Assembly (NCBI RefSeq): GCF_018977255.1
Contig: NW_024704743.1
Span: 55,182,001 to 55,246,000, forward strand
Direction of reading: 5' to 3'
DNA: 64,000 nucleotides
From: Callorhinchus milii
Taxonomy: Eukaryota
A program made the position numbers and the translations under genes. The notes under the pieces are model-generated. The model was not told where the DNA came from. It searched no databases and was given only the letters and a program-made list of their open reading frames with translations. Shown here piece after piece: positions 1 to 13,030 of this stretch; the first letter of the stretch is position 1; each line of letters opens with the position of its first letter.

Positions 1-330
1 TTTTCTGCGAATTGTGGATTAATAAATTGCCAGATACTTCAAATTAGCTGCTGTTATAGCAAATTTGATGCAAATCTCACACCTCCACGTTATCAGCAGT
101 CCAACCCTTGCTGAAACAATTTTCCACAAAATGTAAACAAAAACTTAAGGATAAAACTACCTGTGTTTTTTTAATCACCGGATCTGTTGTTTGGAAGGGA
201 GACAGGGCAGTAGATTGCAAGACCATTGCAGAATCACAACACATTTCTTTTTTTAAAAAAAGAGGTGATTAGTTCAGTATTTTTTTTCTTTGACAGTGAA
301 AAGCTTGTGGAAATATCTCCTTCAGTAGAT

Positions 331-2091
331 AAAGGAAATAAGAGGGGCAAAGAGATTGCATGAGAAAAGATTAGCGAGTAACATAAAAAGGAACGCTAAG
401 GTATTTTATAAGCATATAAAGAATAAAAGGTTAGTCAAAGGTAGGGTGGGTCCAATTAGGGACCAAGGAGGAAATCTGGTGGAGGCAGAGGGTAATGAGT
501 ACTTTGCATCTGTCTTCACAAAAGAAGAGGATGCAGCCAATGCCACAGTATCCGAGGAGAGGGTAGAGAAATTGGATAAGATCAGAATAAATCGAAAGGA
601 GGCACTGAAAAGGTTGATAGTGCTCAAGGTAGATAGGTCACCCGGTCCGGACGGGATGCATCCTTGGTTACTGAGGGAAGTAAGGGTGGAAATAACGGAG
701 GCTGTGGCAACAATTTTTCAATCCTCCTTGGACACCGGGGTGGTGCCAGAGGACTGGAGGGTTGCAAATGTTACTCCCCTGTACAAAAAGGGGCAGAAGG
801 ATAAACCCAGGAAGTATAGGCCAGTCAGCCTAATGTCAGTAGTGGGAAACATCTAGAGACTATAATCCGGGACAAAGTACATTTTCACTTAGAAAAATAT
901 GAGTTAATAAAGGGCAGCCAACACAGATTTGTTAAAGGCAAATCATGTCTAACAAACCTGATACTTTTTTGATGAAGTAACGGAGAGGATGGATGAAGGT
1001 AGTGCAGTTGATGTAGTTTATATGGATTTTCAAAAGGCGTTTGATAAAGTGTCACATAAGAGGCTTGTAAGCAAAATAGAAACCCACGGTATTAAAGGGA
1101 CAGTGGCAGCATAGATACAGAACTGGCTGGGAGACAGAAAGCAGAGCATGATGGTGAACGTTAGTTTTTCTGACTGGAGGGAAGTGTGCAGAGGTGTCCC
1201 CCAGGGGTCAGTATTGGGACCACTGCTGTATTTGATCTATGTAAATCACCTGGACTTGGGTATAGGGAGTACAATTTCCAAGATTGCACATGATACTAAG
1301 CTAGGAAAAGTAGTAAACAGTGAGAAGGATAGAAAAAGACTGCAAATGGACATAGACAGACTGGTATAAAGGGCGGACACGTGGCAGATGAAGTTTAATG
1401 TCGAGAAATGTGAAGTGATGCATTTTGGGAGGAAGAATGAGGCGAGGCCGTAGATGGCAGAATCTTAAAGGGGGTGAAAGAACAGAGAGACCTGAGGGTT
1501 CATATAAGTAAATCTTTGAAGGTGGCGGGATCGGTAGGTGAAGCTGTAAAAAAGCATATGGGATACTTTTATTTATAAATAAGAGCATAGAATACAAAAG
1601 TCAGGAAGTTATGATGAACCTTTATAAAACACTGGTTAGGTCTCAGCGAGAGTACTGTGTTCAGTTCTGGGCACCACACTTTAGGAAGGATGTCAAGGCA
1701 TTGGAGAGGGTGCAAAGGAGATTACCAGGAGGGAACCAGCAATGAGGGACTTCAGTTATCAGGAGAGGTAGAGAAGCTAGGATTATTCTCATTGGAGCAG
1801 AGGAGGTTAAGAGGAGACTTAATAGAAGTTTTCAAAATTATGAGGGGATTCGATAGGGTGAACAAGGAGAAACTATTTCCACTGGTGGATGGGTCGGTAA
1901 ACCGAGGGCACCGATTTAAAATAATTGTTAAAAGAAACAGAGGGGAGGTGAGGAGAAATGTTTTCACGCAGCAAGTTGTTCGGATCTGGAATGGAGTGGG
2001 ATTGAATTGGGTAGCTCTTTTCAAAGAGCTGGCACAGACAAGATGGGCCGAATGGCCTCCTCCTATGCTATATAATTCTATGAATCTATGA
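331..2091 (+). mobile_element. CR1-clade LINE, 5'-truncated, frameshifted ORF2 (reverse transcriptase) plus 3' tail
   Basis: ORF fragments show [58 protein letters not shown] and LGLFSLEQRRLRGDL. The element ends in gggccgaatggcctcc...attctatgaatctatga. Confidence 0.95.
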
Positions 2092-2607
2092 ATAGTCGGC
2101 TTGGCTCATTTGGTAGGACTCAATTCTGGGAAAGATGGTTATTTTTAACAATAGTGTTCCAAATGTGGAGAAGAAAACAAGACAAACCACTGCGCAAAAG
2201 TGAACATAAACAACAAGTTGCACTATATAATACATATATAGCACTCTTCACCCAATGATAGTGGTTCAGACTGCTGGTGAACACTTGGTGCTGAGATTGG
2301 CTTTGTCTTGTACCTTGCATTGTTTTCTTTACTCTGCAACATCCACAAATAATACAAACACATTTGACAGAGAAATGATGGGAATTAGATAGGAATTAGA
2401 CTCAAATTTATTATTTGAAGCGGAATTACCAACCTATATTTGATGGGGTGATAATGCAGTGAATAACGCAAATCTTAGAACAATCCAAGACCTCACTTTA
2501 TCAAAGATGCTGTATACCGTGTAGTTCCAAGGGCATCCAGATTCAAGCTAAAATCAAATTCTCCACTACCAACTATTCTAATTACTTCATAATATAGTGA
2601 GAGACTG

Positions 2608-2990
2608 CAACAACAATTTAATTTATATATCATCCTTCACGTTGGGAGAATATCTCAAAGTGTTTTGCAAAGACTGAGCAGAATCACAAGCTGGGTGAAT
2701 GGCAGAGGGAGAAGAGGCTGAAATACACAGCCAAAAAAGTCATTCTTCAGATGGAATTTGAAAATAGAGAAGGAAGGAGTGAGGCAGAGGGATTTGGGGG
2801 GGAAAAATATATTTCAGAGGGAAGGGACAAAGTGGCTGAAAGCTCACCTACCAATGGGGGCATTAAGCAGCCTGGAGCTGGCAGCGTGGAGAGTGACCAA
2901 AGAAATAGGATCACAGAATGTCCCAGAGATAGGTTGAGGACAAAAATGTTAAAGTTGATCCACTGGTGGATAGGGAACTTGTGCAGCCTG
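2608..2990 (-). mobile_element. Old L2 3' fragment
   Basis: caacaacaatttaatttatat...ttcacgttgggag is the reverse complement of the L2 tail, followed by a diverged L2 3' region. Confidence 0.6.
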
Positions 2991-3784
2991 GCGATAAACC
3001 CATTTATCCCACAAATATTTTCTTTCAAAAATAATCACATTGAGTCAGTAAGATATGAGTTTCCCAAGAGAATACTGCACATATTTACTACAAATACAAT
3101 CACTGACTTTACAGTAAACCTTGTGAAATGTTTTGAGATGTTCTCCTGACGTGAAAGACATTATATCAAATGCAATGGTTATTATTTTTATACTGCAATG
3201 TTCATTATATCTTTTTAAAGTCCAAGCAATACAATTGTCCCCTTTATATGATTTTTCTATGAACAAAAAGTGCAAAATAGTTGAATTTGTCAGAAATATA
3301 TTTCTTATCTTAGTATGCATAAAATTCATAGTAAATATAAACTAAATGATACAGGGCAGCTAAGGTTATGTTTGGTGGTGTGATTTAGAATCAGAAGCTT
3401 GGGTCATTGGGTGAGTCCAGGGTCAGAGGCATGTGGCAATTTATTAGACTTAAACATGTGCAGCATTAGATCCAGAGGCAGAAGCTTGCAACATCGAGTT
3501 TAGGATTAAAGGCTCAATGGTCTGGATCTAGGATCAGAGGATTTGCACATGTTAATTAGGTAAGGTACACTTAATAGTTGTAAGTGTGAGGTCAGTGTCT
3601 TGCAGGCAGAGATTGGATCTGTTATTTTTCAGCCTTTTTTGGAGTATCAACAATAAACAGTTTATCATGGGAAAGTACTGATAGGAAGTATATTTCAGAG
3701 GCCCATGCCCTTTTCAAGTGAGTATGAATAAGAGGCTACCTTGCCAAATCAGTTGAGTTTAAATCTTCAGAAGTTAAACACAAT

Positions 3785-3990
3785 TTTCTGGAACTCCATT
3801 CCAGAATCCCTCTGGCTCCCTCCCTCCCTCATCTCATTCAAGGTCCCAAAATGTATTCTTTGACCGTGTTTTCAGTTATCTTTCCCCTCCCCACCGCCTC
3901 AGATCCTACTCCCAGCTCAGCTGCCCAGGCAGAAGTATCAAGCGCTTGGGATGTCCTTCTGGTGTAAAAGGCACTACATAAATGTAATTA
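3785..3990 (+). mobile_element. L2 3' end
   Basis: ctggaactccattcc...ttcaagg...gcgcttgggatgtcc...aaaggcactacataaatgtaat. Confidence 0.75.
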
Positions 3991-4014
3991 TATCTGTATA
4001 GTGGTCATCTATCT

Positions 4015-4600
4015 GTCATACCATATCTGGTGGAGTGCTGCATACAGTTCTGGTCACTGTGAAATAAGGTAGCTTACCAGAAGATCCTAAAAATAGAAAA
4101 GAGGAAAAGAACAAGACTGATAATCAGTGGTGCAGCAGTAAGATACAAGGAATACGTTGAAAAGCTCTGGCTCTTCAGCCTTAAATGGTGTGGACTGAGA
4201 CTGGTCCATATAAGGTAATAATAATAATCCTTGCATTTGGTAAGGCACCTATCACTTTGGGAGGACGTTCCAAAGCAATTCATAGTATATATTGTGAAGT
4301 GTATTTGACTGTGTATTTGTGGGCAAAAGGTCACAATGCTTAATACGGTAGAAATAATAACCCCAGAACAAATCTTTCAGACACACAAGTTGGCAGGTCA
4401 AGAGAACACATGTTGAAAAGGGAAATTTTAGAATAGATAACTGGTAGTATTCTCTATACTGAAGATAACTTAATAGCTGGAATGGGTTATTTAGCATGGA
4501 CGTTGATTCAGGACACTGGACTGATTTAAGAAACAGCTTGATGATTTAATGGAAAGATGGAAGGATTGTTTATTAATTATAGGATTGTTAAAGAGAATGG
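4015..4600 (+). mobile_element. Old CR1 fragment interrupted by a minus-strand Deu-SINE tail (about 4215-4335)
   Basis: ggagtgctgcatacagttctggtcac (LEYCVQFWS-like) and ctcttcagcctt are present. The interrupting piece begins aataataatccttgcatttg. Confidence 0.6.
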
Positions 4601-4614
4601 TCATTCAGTACTTG

Positions 4615-4768
4615 GGTATTTGTGGGTCATTGTTGTGTTCAAAATGGCTGCCGTGTTCACCAACAAAATACACAGCCACTACACATTGCAGAATATCCTG
4701 TGAAATGCTTTGAGAAGTCCTTTGAGGTGAAAGGTGCTATATTAATTGCAAAGATTATTATTATTTAT
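4615..4768 (+). mobile_element. Deu-SINE 3' part
   Basis: tttgtgggtcattgttgtgttcaaaatggctgccgtgttc...gtgaaaggtgctat...gcaaagattattatta. Confidence 0.8.
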
Positions 4769-4774
4769 CAGTAC

Positions 4775-5598
4775 AGTATTCATCTTCATCTCCACAAACG
4801 GTTTCTCCTCGAGCCCCAGGACCATCTCATACAGCATTCCTCAGCGCTCTGTCCTTGGGCCCCTCTTCTTCAATATATATATGTTCCTTCTTGGTGACAT
4901 CATTCACAGACATGAGGTCAACTTCCACATGTATGCGGATGACACCCAACTGTATCTGTCTGGCTCCACCCTTGACTCCAGGACCACTGCTGTCCTGAAA
5001 GAATGTCTGTCAAGACATCAAGTCCTGGATGAGAGCTAACTTTCTACAGTTGAATGTCAACAAGACCGAGGCTCTCCTGATTGGCTTCCGTCAGCACCTC
5101 CACCCTCAGGCGCTGACAGCATCACCATCCATGGTTGCACACTCCAACTTACTAAGCCAGTCCAGAACCTTGGCATCTCGTTTGACCCTCAACTGTCTTT
5201 TCTACCCCACATCCATGCCATGACCTGCTCTGCCTTCACCCACCCTCACAGCATCGCCCGGCTCCGCCACTGTCTCACACCACAAGCCACCAAAACCCTC
5301 ATACATGCATTATGATCATTATAATAATAATAATCCTTGCATTTGATGTAGGGCTTTTCACGTCTTATCAACGTCTCAAAGCGCTTCACAGAATATACTG
5401 TAAAGTGAATTGACCGTATATTTGTGGGCGAAACGCGGCAGCCAATTGCGCGCAGCAGTGTCCCACAAAGAGTCGTGGATTGAAAATTGCCAATTTATTA
5501 TTGTTTTGTTTTGGAGGGATTATTATTAGGCGTGTGGATTTATGACATCCAGGCTTGACTACGCAAACTCCCTGCTTGTCGGCCTCCCCAACTTCTCC
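4775..5598 (+). mobile_element. L2 RT fragment split by a SINE insertion
   Basis: Translates as IPQRSVLGPLFFNIYM...YADDTQLY and [10 protein letters not shown]2 sequence resumes after about 5540. Confidence 0.9.
5316..5539 (-). mobile_element. 5'-truncated Deu-SINE with (TTA)n tail; target duplication ttatga
   Basis: (taa)n-tccttgcatttg...ggcagccaattgcgcgcagcagtgtcccaca. ttatga occurs at about 5310 and about 5540. Confidence 0.85.
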
Positions 5599-6215
5599 TA
5601 ATGTGGATAAACCCTAATATATTGGAATAGGAAGCAGTGGAAACTGCTTGACAACAAATAGTACAAAACCCGAACTGTTCATTTTTCAGATGTATAGTAA
5701 GCAATGTACAATAAGCAACTTCACCACAAAACACACAGTCACTCCATTTCACAATATATTCTGTGAAGCACTTTAGGATGTCTTCCTGATGTGAAAGGCG
5801 CTTTACCAAATGTAAGGATTATTATTATATGCAATCCTGGAATGAATTTCAATCCAAAGCACAGGTACATTAACATGTTTCTTTATTATAAACTCAAATA
5901 ACTCCAATCCACTAACTATTACTACACCAATTTGTTTTATTCTCTGTGTCCTTCCTGTGTTTATCTCAATGGCTTTTTCTTAATTGTTCTTTAATTCTTA
6001 AAGGGATATCCTACAAATCCTACAGGAATATGGAAAGTGCCAATCATTTATTTGATACTGGAATTTCATGGACAATTGAACTCTTCTTTATATCTCTAAT
6101 TTTTCAAACTACTTAAAATTAAGACAAATAAAAATGGGAATGGGGGGAATAGGATTAATATTCTATTAATATCCTGAGCTAACCTCAGAGGTGATGATCC
6201 ACCACATTGAACAGT

Positions 6216-6375
6216 TCATAGATTCATAGAATTATAGAATTATACAACACAGAAGGAGGCCATGCGGCCCATCATGTCTGTGCCAGCTCTTTGAAAAGAG
6301 CTATCCAAATCAATCCCATTTCCCCACTCTCTCCCCCATAACCCTGCAAACTTGTTCTCCCCAAATAATTATCTA
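6216..6375 (-). mobile_element. CR1 3' tail
   Basis: catagattcatagaattatagaat...cagaaggaggccat...ccagctctttgaaaagagcta is the reverse complement of the tail at about 2010-2090. Confidence 0.85.
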
Positions 6376-7534
6376 AGTGAATTGTAATTATTGTAGGTGT
6401 ATTTGCCTACAAATACATATTCATTCCACTTCATAGTAAATCCCATGAAGCGCTATGGAACATCCTCTTGACATGAAAGATACTATACAAAATGCAAGGA
6501 TTATTATTAATATTAGAAATTTTATTCTTATTATTTTCTTCACCAAAACAAATGATTACATTTTAATGGGACCATCTTCTTCAAAACAAAACAATACAAA
6601 ACTGAGTCAAGGATTTAAGATACGGTTTTGATGAGATTTTAGCTCCACGGTTTGATAAAGGGCAAAGAGTTTTCTTTAAATTTGGAATTTGGCCACTGGA
6701 AGGAATTAAATCTACCATTCCTTTCCAATTTTATTTGTCGACATTGAATTGCAGAGCTGAAACTTTATTCTAGCTGTCTGACTCAGCATGTAAATATGTT
6801 TTATTTTTCTGCCAAAACAGCTCTGTGAATTCCTCTCTCATTTCCAGTAAATCCATTTGCAAAATACTGCCATTAATTTTTATGTTTATGCGTGTGTGTG
6901 TTTTCCTTTTAAAGTATCTAACGGTGAAAAAATAGAGTGCAGGTAAGGTCAACTGGGAAGAAAGGCGTTACAGTGGTGCATTATCAAGAGAAGCAAAGGT
7001 TTCAATGTAAATTAGATAGCAATAAGATTAAGTACAATTCACCCAGTGAACCTTTTGATTATAATGAGTTTAGTTTCTCAGAATCTACACGATTGCAGAA
7101 ACCATCAATGCATTTAAGAGGAAACCTGGTGCACACATGAGGGAAAGAGTAATAGAGGGGTACGGGGGAGACTCAGGGAGTTGAAGTCTCATGTGAAGTA
7201 TAACATAGGCACAGACTAGTGGGCCAAATGGTCTGTATCAGTGCTCTGTGTAATTCTATGTATGTCTTAGTTCTCTGTTCCTTTGCTGTATTTTCTTCAC
7301 CAGTGTTTTATCACCGGCAAATTTGTCCTTGGTACTCAACTGCATTAGAAATACCTTGTCAGAATAGATTACTTAACTTTGTTTCAGTGGCTGAGAATAG
7401 CAACAGGAAATTGATTAATTTCTGAAAGACATCCACACATATTAAAGCATTTGTTTTGGTCTGTTGTGAGTCGACACATGTGGAAACCATCGCTATGCTT
7501 AAAAGTATCCAAACTAATGTGAGTGTTCCACATA

Positions 7535-9720
7535 TGTTGGTCCTGGATGAGAGCTAACTTTCTCCAATTGAACCTGAACAAGACCAAGGCTCTCCTGACT
7601 GGCTCCCATCAGCGCATCCACATCTCAAGCACTTACAACATCACCATCCATGGATGCACACTCCACCTCACTGAGCCACATCCGTGCCATGACCCGCTCT
7701 GCCTTCCCCACCTCCGCAACATCACCCGGCTCCGCCACTGTTTCTCCCCTCAGGCCACCGAGACCCTCATCCAAGTATTTATTACATCTAGGCTCAACTA
7801 TGCCAACTCCCTGCTTGTCGGTCTTCCCAACTCTTCCCTCCATAAGCTACAGATCATTCAGATCATGCAGAATTCTGCAGCTCGTGTCCTCTCCCACAAC
7901 AACAGTGACCCCACCAACCCACCCTCGCTCGGCTCTACTGGTTCTCCATCCCCCAGTGGATAGAGTTTTATATCCTCATCCTCGCCTTCAAGGCCCTCCA
8001 TGGTGTTGCTCCTTTCTGTCACCTGCTATCCCAAATCAACCTGTCCACTCCCTCTGCTCAGCAGGCTGCAGCCTGCTCCAAATCCACTGCCCATCGGCGG
8101 TCGGGCATTCAGCCTGTCTGCCCCAACCCTTTGGAACACACTCTCCCTTGCCTCCTTCAACAACAACAATAACATCAACAAAATTACATTTATAGAGCAC
8201 CTTTCACATCGGGAGGACGTCCCAAAGCGCTGAACAGTCAGGTGTCGGGGCCCGAGCATGGGGAAGGGTGGTGTAGGGGTGAGGGAAGGCAGAGAGGTGG
8301 GAGGGAGACCAAAGGCACGATCGAAGAGAAGGGTCTTGAGACCGGCCTTGAAGGAGGCATAGGAGGAAGCGAGGTGAAGGGACCGTGGGATGGAGTTCCA
8401 GAGTATCGGGGCAGAGAGGCTGGAAAGTCGGCTACCGATGGTAGGGCAGGTCAGGCGGGAGACATGGGGTAGGCCGGAGCCCGATGAACGGAGAGAACAG
8501 GCAGGTTGGAAGAGAATCAGAGAGGTAGGAGGGGGCAAGACCATGAATGGCCTTACATGGTGAGAATGATGATCTTGAACTCGATCCTCTGGAGGATGGG
8601 GAGCCAGTGGAGTCGGGCGAGGGTGGGAGTGACGGGGTCACGAAGCCTGATGCGTGAGAGTGCATGAGCTGCAGAGTTTTGGATGATCTGCAGCTTGTGA
8701 AGGGAAGAGTTGGGAAGGCCGATGAGGAGGGAGTTAATGTAATCGAGCCTTGATGTGACGAATGCATGGGTGAGGGTTTTGGCAGCCTGAGGGGGTGAGG
8801 CAATGTTGTGGAGGAGGTGGTAGGCAGTGCCAGTCATGGCGCGGATGTGGGGAGAAAGGAAGTTCAGGGTCAAACAAGTTACCCAGGTTCCTGACTGGCT
8901 TAGTGAGATTGAGTGTGCAGTCGTGGAGGCTGATGCTGCCAGCATGAGAATGGAGGCACTGGCGCGAGCCAATCAGGAGGGCCTAGGTCTTGTTGACGTT
9001 GAGTTGGAGAAAGTTGTCCCTCGTCCAGGACTTGATGTCAGACAGGCAGTCGGTCAGGACGCCAATAGTCCTGGAGTTGAGGGTAGAGGCAGAGAGATAG
9101 AGTTGGGTGTCATCCGCATATATATGGAAATTTACCCCATGTCTGAGGATGATATCACCAAAGGGGAGCATGTAGAGGGTGAAGCGGAGGGGACCGAGGA
9201 CAGAGCCTTGAGGAACACCTCACAAGACAGTGCGGGGGCTGGAGGAGAAGCCGTTTGCTGCGATGAAGTGGAGGCGGTGTGAAAGGTAGGATCTGAACCA
9301 GTCAAGGACAGAACCTTGAAGGTTGAGGTGGGAGGAGAGACAGTAGAGGAGGATTGAGTGATCCATGGTGTCAAAGGAGGCGGAGAGGTCAAGAAGGACG
9401 AGGAGGCAGAGGGAGCCCTGGTCACACATGGTCAGGATGTCATTTGTGACCTTGACCAGAGCAGGTCAACCCGATTGGAGGGACTCATGGAGGGAGTGAG
9501 AGGAGAGAAAAGAGCGAAGCTGGGAGGCAACGGCTCTCTCAAGGCCCTTGGATAGGAAAGAAAGATTTGAGATACGCCGGTAGCTAGATAGCTGTGATAG
9601 GTCAAGGGAAGGTTTCTTCAGGATGGTGGTGATAATGGCTGCTTTGAGGCACTGTTCAAGGCACGCCTCAAGACCTTCCTCTTTGGCCACGCCTTTAGCC
9701 ACCCTCTCACCCCCCCGATA
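7535..9720 (+). mobile_element. L2 3' portion (host), split at 8160/9655 by an antisense L2
   Basis: Translates as [31 protein letters not shown] and QNSAARVL. The host resumes as ttcaaggcacgcctcaagacc at 9655. Confidence 0.9.
8161..9654 (-). mobile_element. L2 nested in L2, RT region to tail; target duplication ttcaa
   Basis: Minus-strand ORFs read [31 protein letters not shown] and LHWLPILQRIEFK. The tail is at 8161. Confidence 0.95.
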
Positions 9721-9904
9721 CCTACCCCCACCCCCAATCTACATTTGTACTGTATGTATTCCACCTACACATGAAATTTCAGTTCTAAGGAGGCACCCCC
9801 CCACCCCCCCACCCCCACCATTGGATAGCCAAACATTTTAAAATACAACAGACAGACAAAATAACAACAGCCTGTATTTATATAATGCCTTTGAGCTGGG
9901 GGAG

Positions 9905-10202
9905 TGGGGGGATGTCGCATTGTTGGAGGTGCTGTCCTTCAGATGACATGTTAAACTGAGACTCTGTCTGACTGTTCCCATGGTACAATTCGAGAAGGGA
10001 ATGGACTTTCAGCCGGTATCTTGGACAACATTCCCCCAAATAAAATTGATCATTCACTCAATGGCTATTTTTTGAAGACTGTGTGTATAAATTGGCTGCT
10101 TTGTTCACCATAAAACAAACACCACTTTACAGTATATCCTATGAAGTGCATTGGGACATCCCCCGATGTGAAAAGTGCTGTACCAAATACAACAACAACA
10201 AT
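9905..10202 (+). mobile_element. SacSINE1-like Deu-SINE lacking its head
   Basis: gcattgttggaggtgctgtccttcagatgacatgttaaactgag...aaattggctgc...gtgaaaagtgct. Confidence 0.8.
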
Positions 10203-10429
10203 GTGCAAGCTATATATAGCAACAATATAGCAAGCTAGCGTTTCTAAAGGATTGTTATTATTATTATAACGTTTCGTAGTGTTTTCTAGACATGGGGTCG
10301 GATGCTTAGCAAGGGGGAGGGGGTGTTTTTTTACAGCACTTGGAATTTTATAGGCCAAAGCATCTCAAACAAAATCATACAGAAATATTTATCTGTCCAG
10401 TGCAATTATAATCCAGCATTTGCACCAGA

Positions 10430-10705
10430 GAGGTCTCACAGAAAGCCATGAGGTGGATGTCCCATTTTTCTGGACAGCTCAATGAAAAACTCCTTTGCCT
10501 TTTCAAACCACGCCATGGGAACATTAAAATCCACCTGAAGAATAGATAAACAGGAGCTCAGTTTAAAGTCTCATCCCAAAGAGTGCACCTCCACCAATGC
10601 AGTTACCTTGTTACTACATAGATTGTCAGCCTAGACTGATGACCTCAAGTACATATCCACATCCTTTCAGAGATGAAGCTGTTATTGTCTGAGCCAACCT
10701 GATGT
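10430..10705 (-). mobile_element. SacSINE1-like Deu-SINE
   Basis: ctcagtttaaagtctcatccc...cacctccaccaatgcag...gtcagcctaga...ctgagccaacctga. Confidence 0.7.
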
Positions 10706-11040
10706 GGAAAATTTTGAATTTCAATTCAATTTTATGATTTTAATCAACTGCGTACGGAAAATGTTTTTCAGCATTTAAAATACAGGTCTGCAAAGCAAAT
10801 TAGATAGAGTGATATGGCATGAAAACTACTCTGTACCTGTATTTATACTCCACATGAGCCTTCATCCCTCCTATTTCCATCTGTTCCTTTCTACCTCGTG
10901 TATGCTTCCAGGTTCCCCTTAAATATATTGTGCTTTTTGCTTTAACCATAGTTTCTGGCAGTGAGCTCCATATTTGCACGAGTTCCTCTTAAACTTCCTA
11001 TTAGATCTTATATTTATGCCCCCTATCATGTCTTCTCTTA

Positions 11041-12155
11041 ACACCAACAACAAAACTACATTTGTGTAGCACCTTTCATGTCGGACAGATGTCCCAAGGC
11101 GCTGGACAAACAATGCTTTGGACCCAAGCTGGGGATCAGGGAGGGTGGAGGGCAGCGGGGGGAAGGAGGGTGTCCAAAGTCATAGTTGAAGAGGAGGGTC
11201 TTAAGATGGGTCTCGAAGAAGGCAAGTGAGGGGGTGAGGCGGAGGGACTGCGGGTTGGGGTTCCAGAGGGTGGGAGCAGAGTGGCTGAAGTTCTGCACGC
11301 CAATGGTCGGGTGGGCGAGGAGGGGACGTGAAGCAGGCTGGAGCCCGCTGAGCGGAGGGAGCAGGCAGGTTGGTAGGAGTTTAGGGGTCACAGAAGTACG
11401 GAGGGGTGAGGCCATGGAGAGATTTGAAGGTGAGGACCAGGATTTTGAATTGTATCCTATGTGTGATGGGAAGCCAGTGGAGTCAGGCATGCATGGGGTG
11501 ATAGGGTCACAGAGCCTGGTGCAGGAGAGGACACAGGCTGCAGAGTTCTGGATGAGATCTGCAGCCTATGGAGGGAGGAGTTGGGGAGGCCGACAAGCAG
11601 GGAGTTTGCATAGTTAAGCCTGGATGTTATGAATGCGTGTATGAGGGTCTCGGCGGCCTGCGGTGTGAGACAGTGGCAGAGCCAGGCGATGTTGCAAAGG
11701 TGGGAAAAAACTAGAGTGGGTCATGGCACAGATGTGGGGTAGAAAGTTTATTTGAGGGTCAAACAAGATGCCAAAAATAACAATAACAACCAAATTACAT
11801 TTGTAAAACGGTTTTCACGTTGGGAGGAGGTCCCAAGGTTGGCCTCTGGCCAAGGTTATGGAGTGTGCATCCTTGGATGGTGATGCTATCAGTGCCTGAG
11901 GTGTGGAGGCACTGACGGGAGCCAATGAGGAGAGCCTCGGTCTTGTTGCTGTTCAATATAGAAAGTTAGCTCTCAGCCAGGACCTGATGTCCTGCGTGAG
12001 AGCTAACTTAATGTGATGGTGATGTCCGAGACGCTGAGGCACCTGGTAATCACCAGGTCAAGTGGGTGACCATAAACGTGGGTGGCGGAGTGGATGTGGA
12101 CGGAGCGGTTGTGAGAGTAAAGGAGAGAGGAGAAGTCAGTGGAGTGACAAAGTGA
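11041..12155 (-). mobile_element. L2 fragments (3' ORF2 plus tail; endonuclease piece at about 12005-12155); nested L2 tail at 11775-11832
   Basis: The tail reads caacaacaaaactacatttg. THVYGHPLDLVITR is an L2 apurinic-endonuclease-like motif. ccaa is duplicated around the nested tail. Confidence 0.9.
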
Positions 12156-12682
12156 CAAAGAGGAGACTCTCAATCGTCTCAACTCTGGAGGGAAAAGATG
12201 CAACTTGTCCAATCTTTCCTGATCCAAGGGTTATAAATATGCAATGAGCTGCAGTAAGCATCAGTGAATGCTAACAAGTTGTTATGTGATTTCATTAGCA
12301 CATGTTTTCCAGGCCAACACAAGTTATGTTATATAATTACACAAGTAAAATAATAATCCTGTCTGCAGGTAGCCTACAATGAAATGTTTTTCCGCTTTCA
12401 AAAATCCTGCTACAGACTTAATATGTTTAATAACTGGTTTAACTGGAGTAGCAGGAAACAGTTTCAAAATGAACAATTGTAAGGACTAGGAGGCAACTCA
12501 TATGCACCAAATAATGAGCAATTTTCCCATGACTCATACACTGCAACTTTTGAAGACAGAGAGAGAATTGAAAACATAAGTAATGGTTGTGAATTTCCTC
12601 TGTGTATACAAGATTAAATTACAGTGAATAATAAAGCAGTGTTTCAAAACAGACCACTTTTTTCCCCCCACATTTGATGCAT

Positions 12683-13030
12683 TAAAAGAATCTGAAAAAA
12701 AATCATTTCATCTGAGCTTTGGCACATGCAGTTGCAAAAGGCATTGTTTTAGAACTTTTTTTAAAGCATATTTTGAATAAGAAAAAATATCTAATCCAAA
12801 CAGTTTTAAACAGCGCTGTAAAACTTTAAATGAGTAAAACATAAATTATTTCCAGTTTACCTAAAAGAATATGAAAAAAATTATTTCATCTAATATTTGG
12901 CTGACACATTTGCAAATAGCGTTACTTTAGAATCTTTTAAAAAATATATTTTGAATAAGAACAAATATGTTTTAAATAGCGCTGTAAAATTTTTAAATGA
13001 TTAAAACATCAATTCTCTCTAGCTTACCTA
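12683..13030. repeat. Diverged tandem duplication, units of about 179 and about 168 bp
   Basis: taaaagaat(c/a)tgaaaaaaa..atttcatct, atattttgaataagaa, agcgctgtaaaa and ttacc each occur twice in the same order. Confidence 0.9.
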
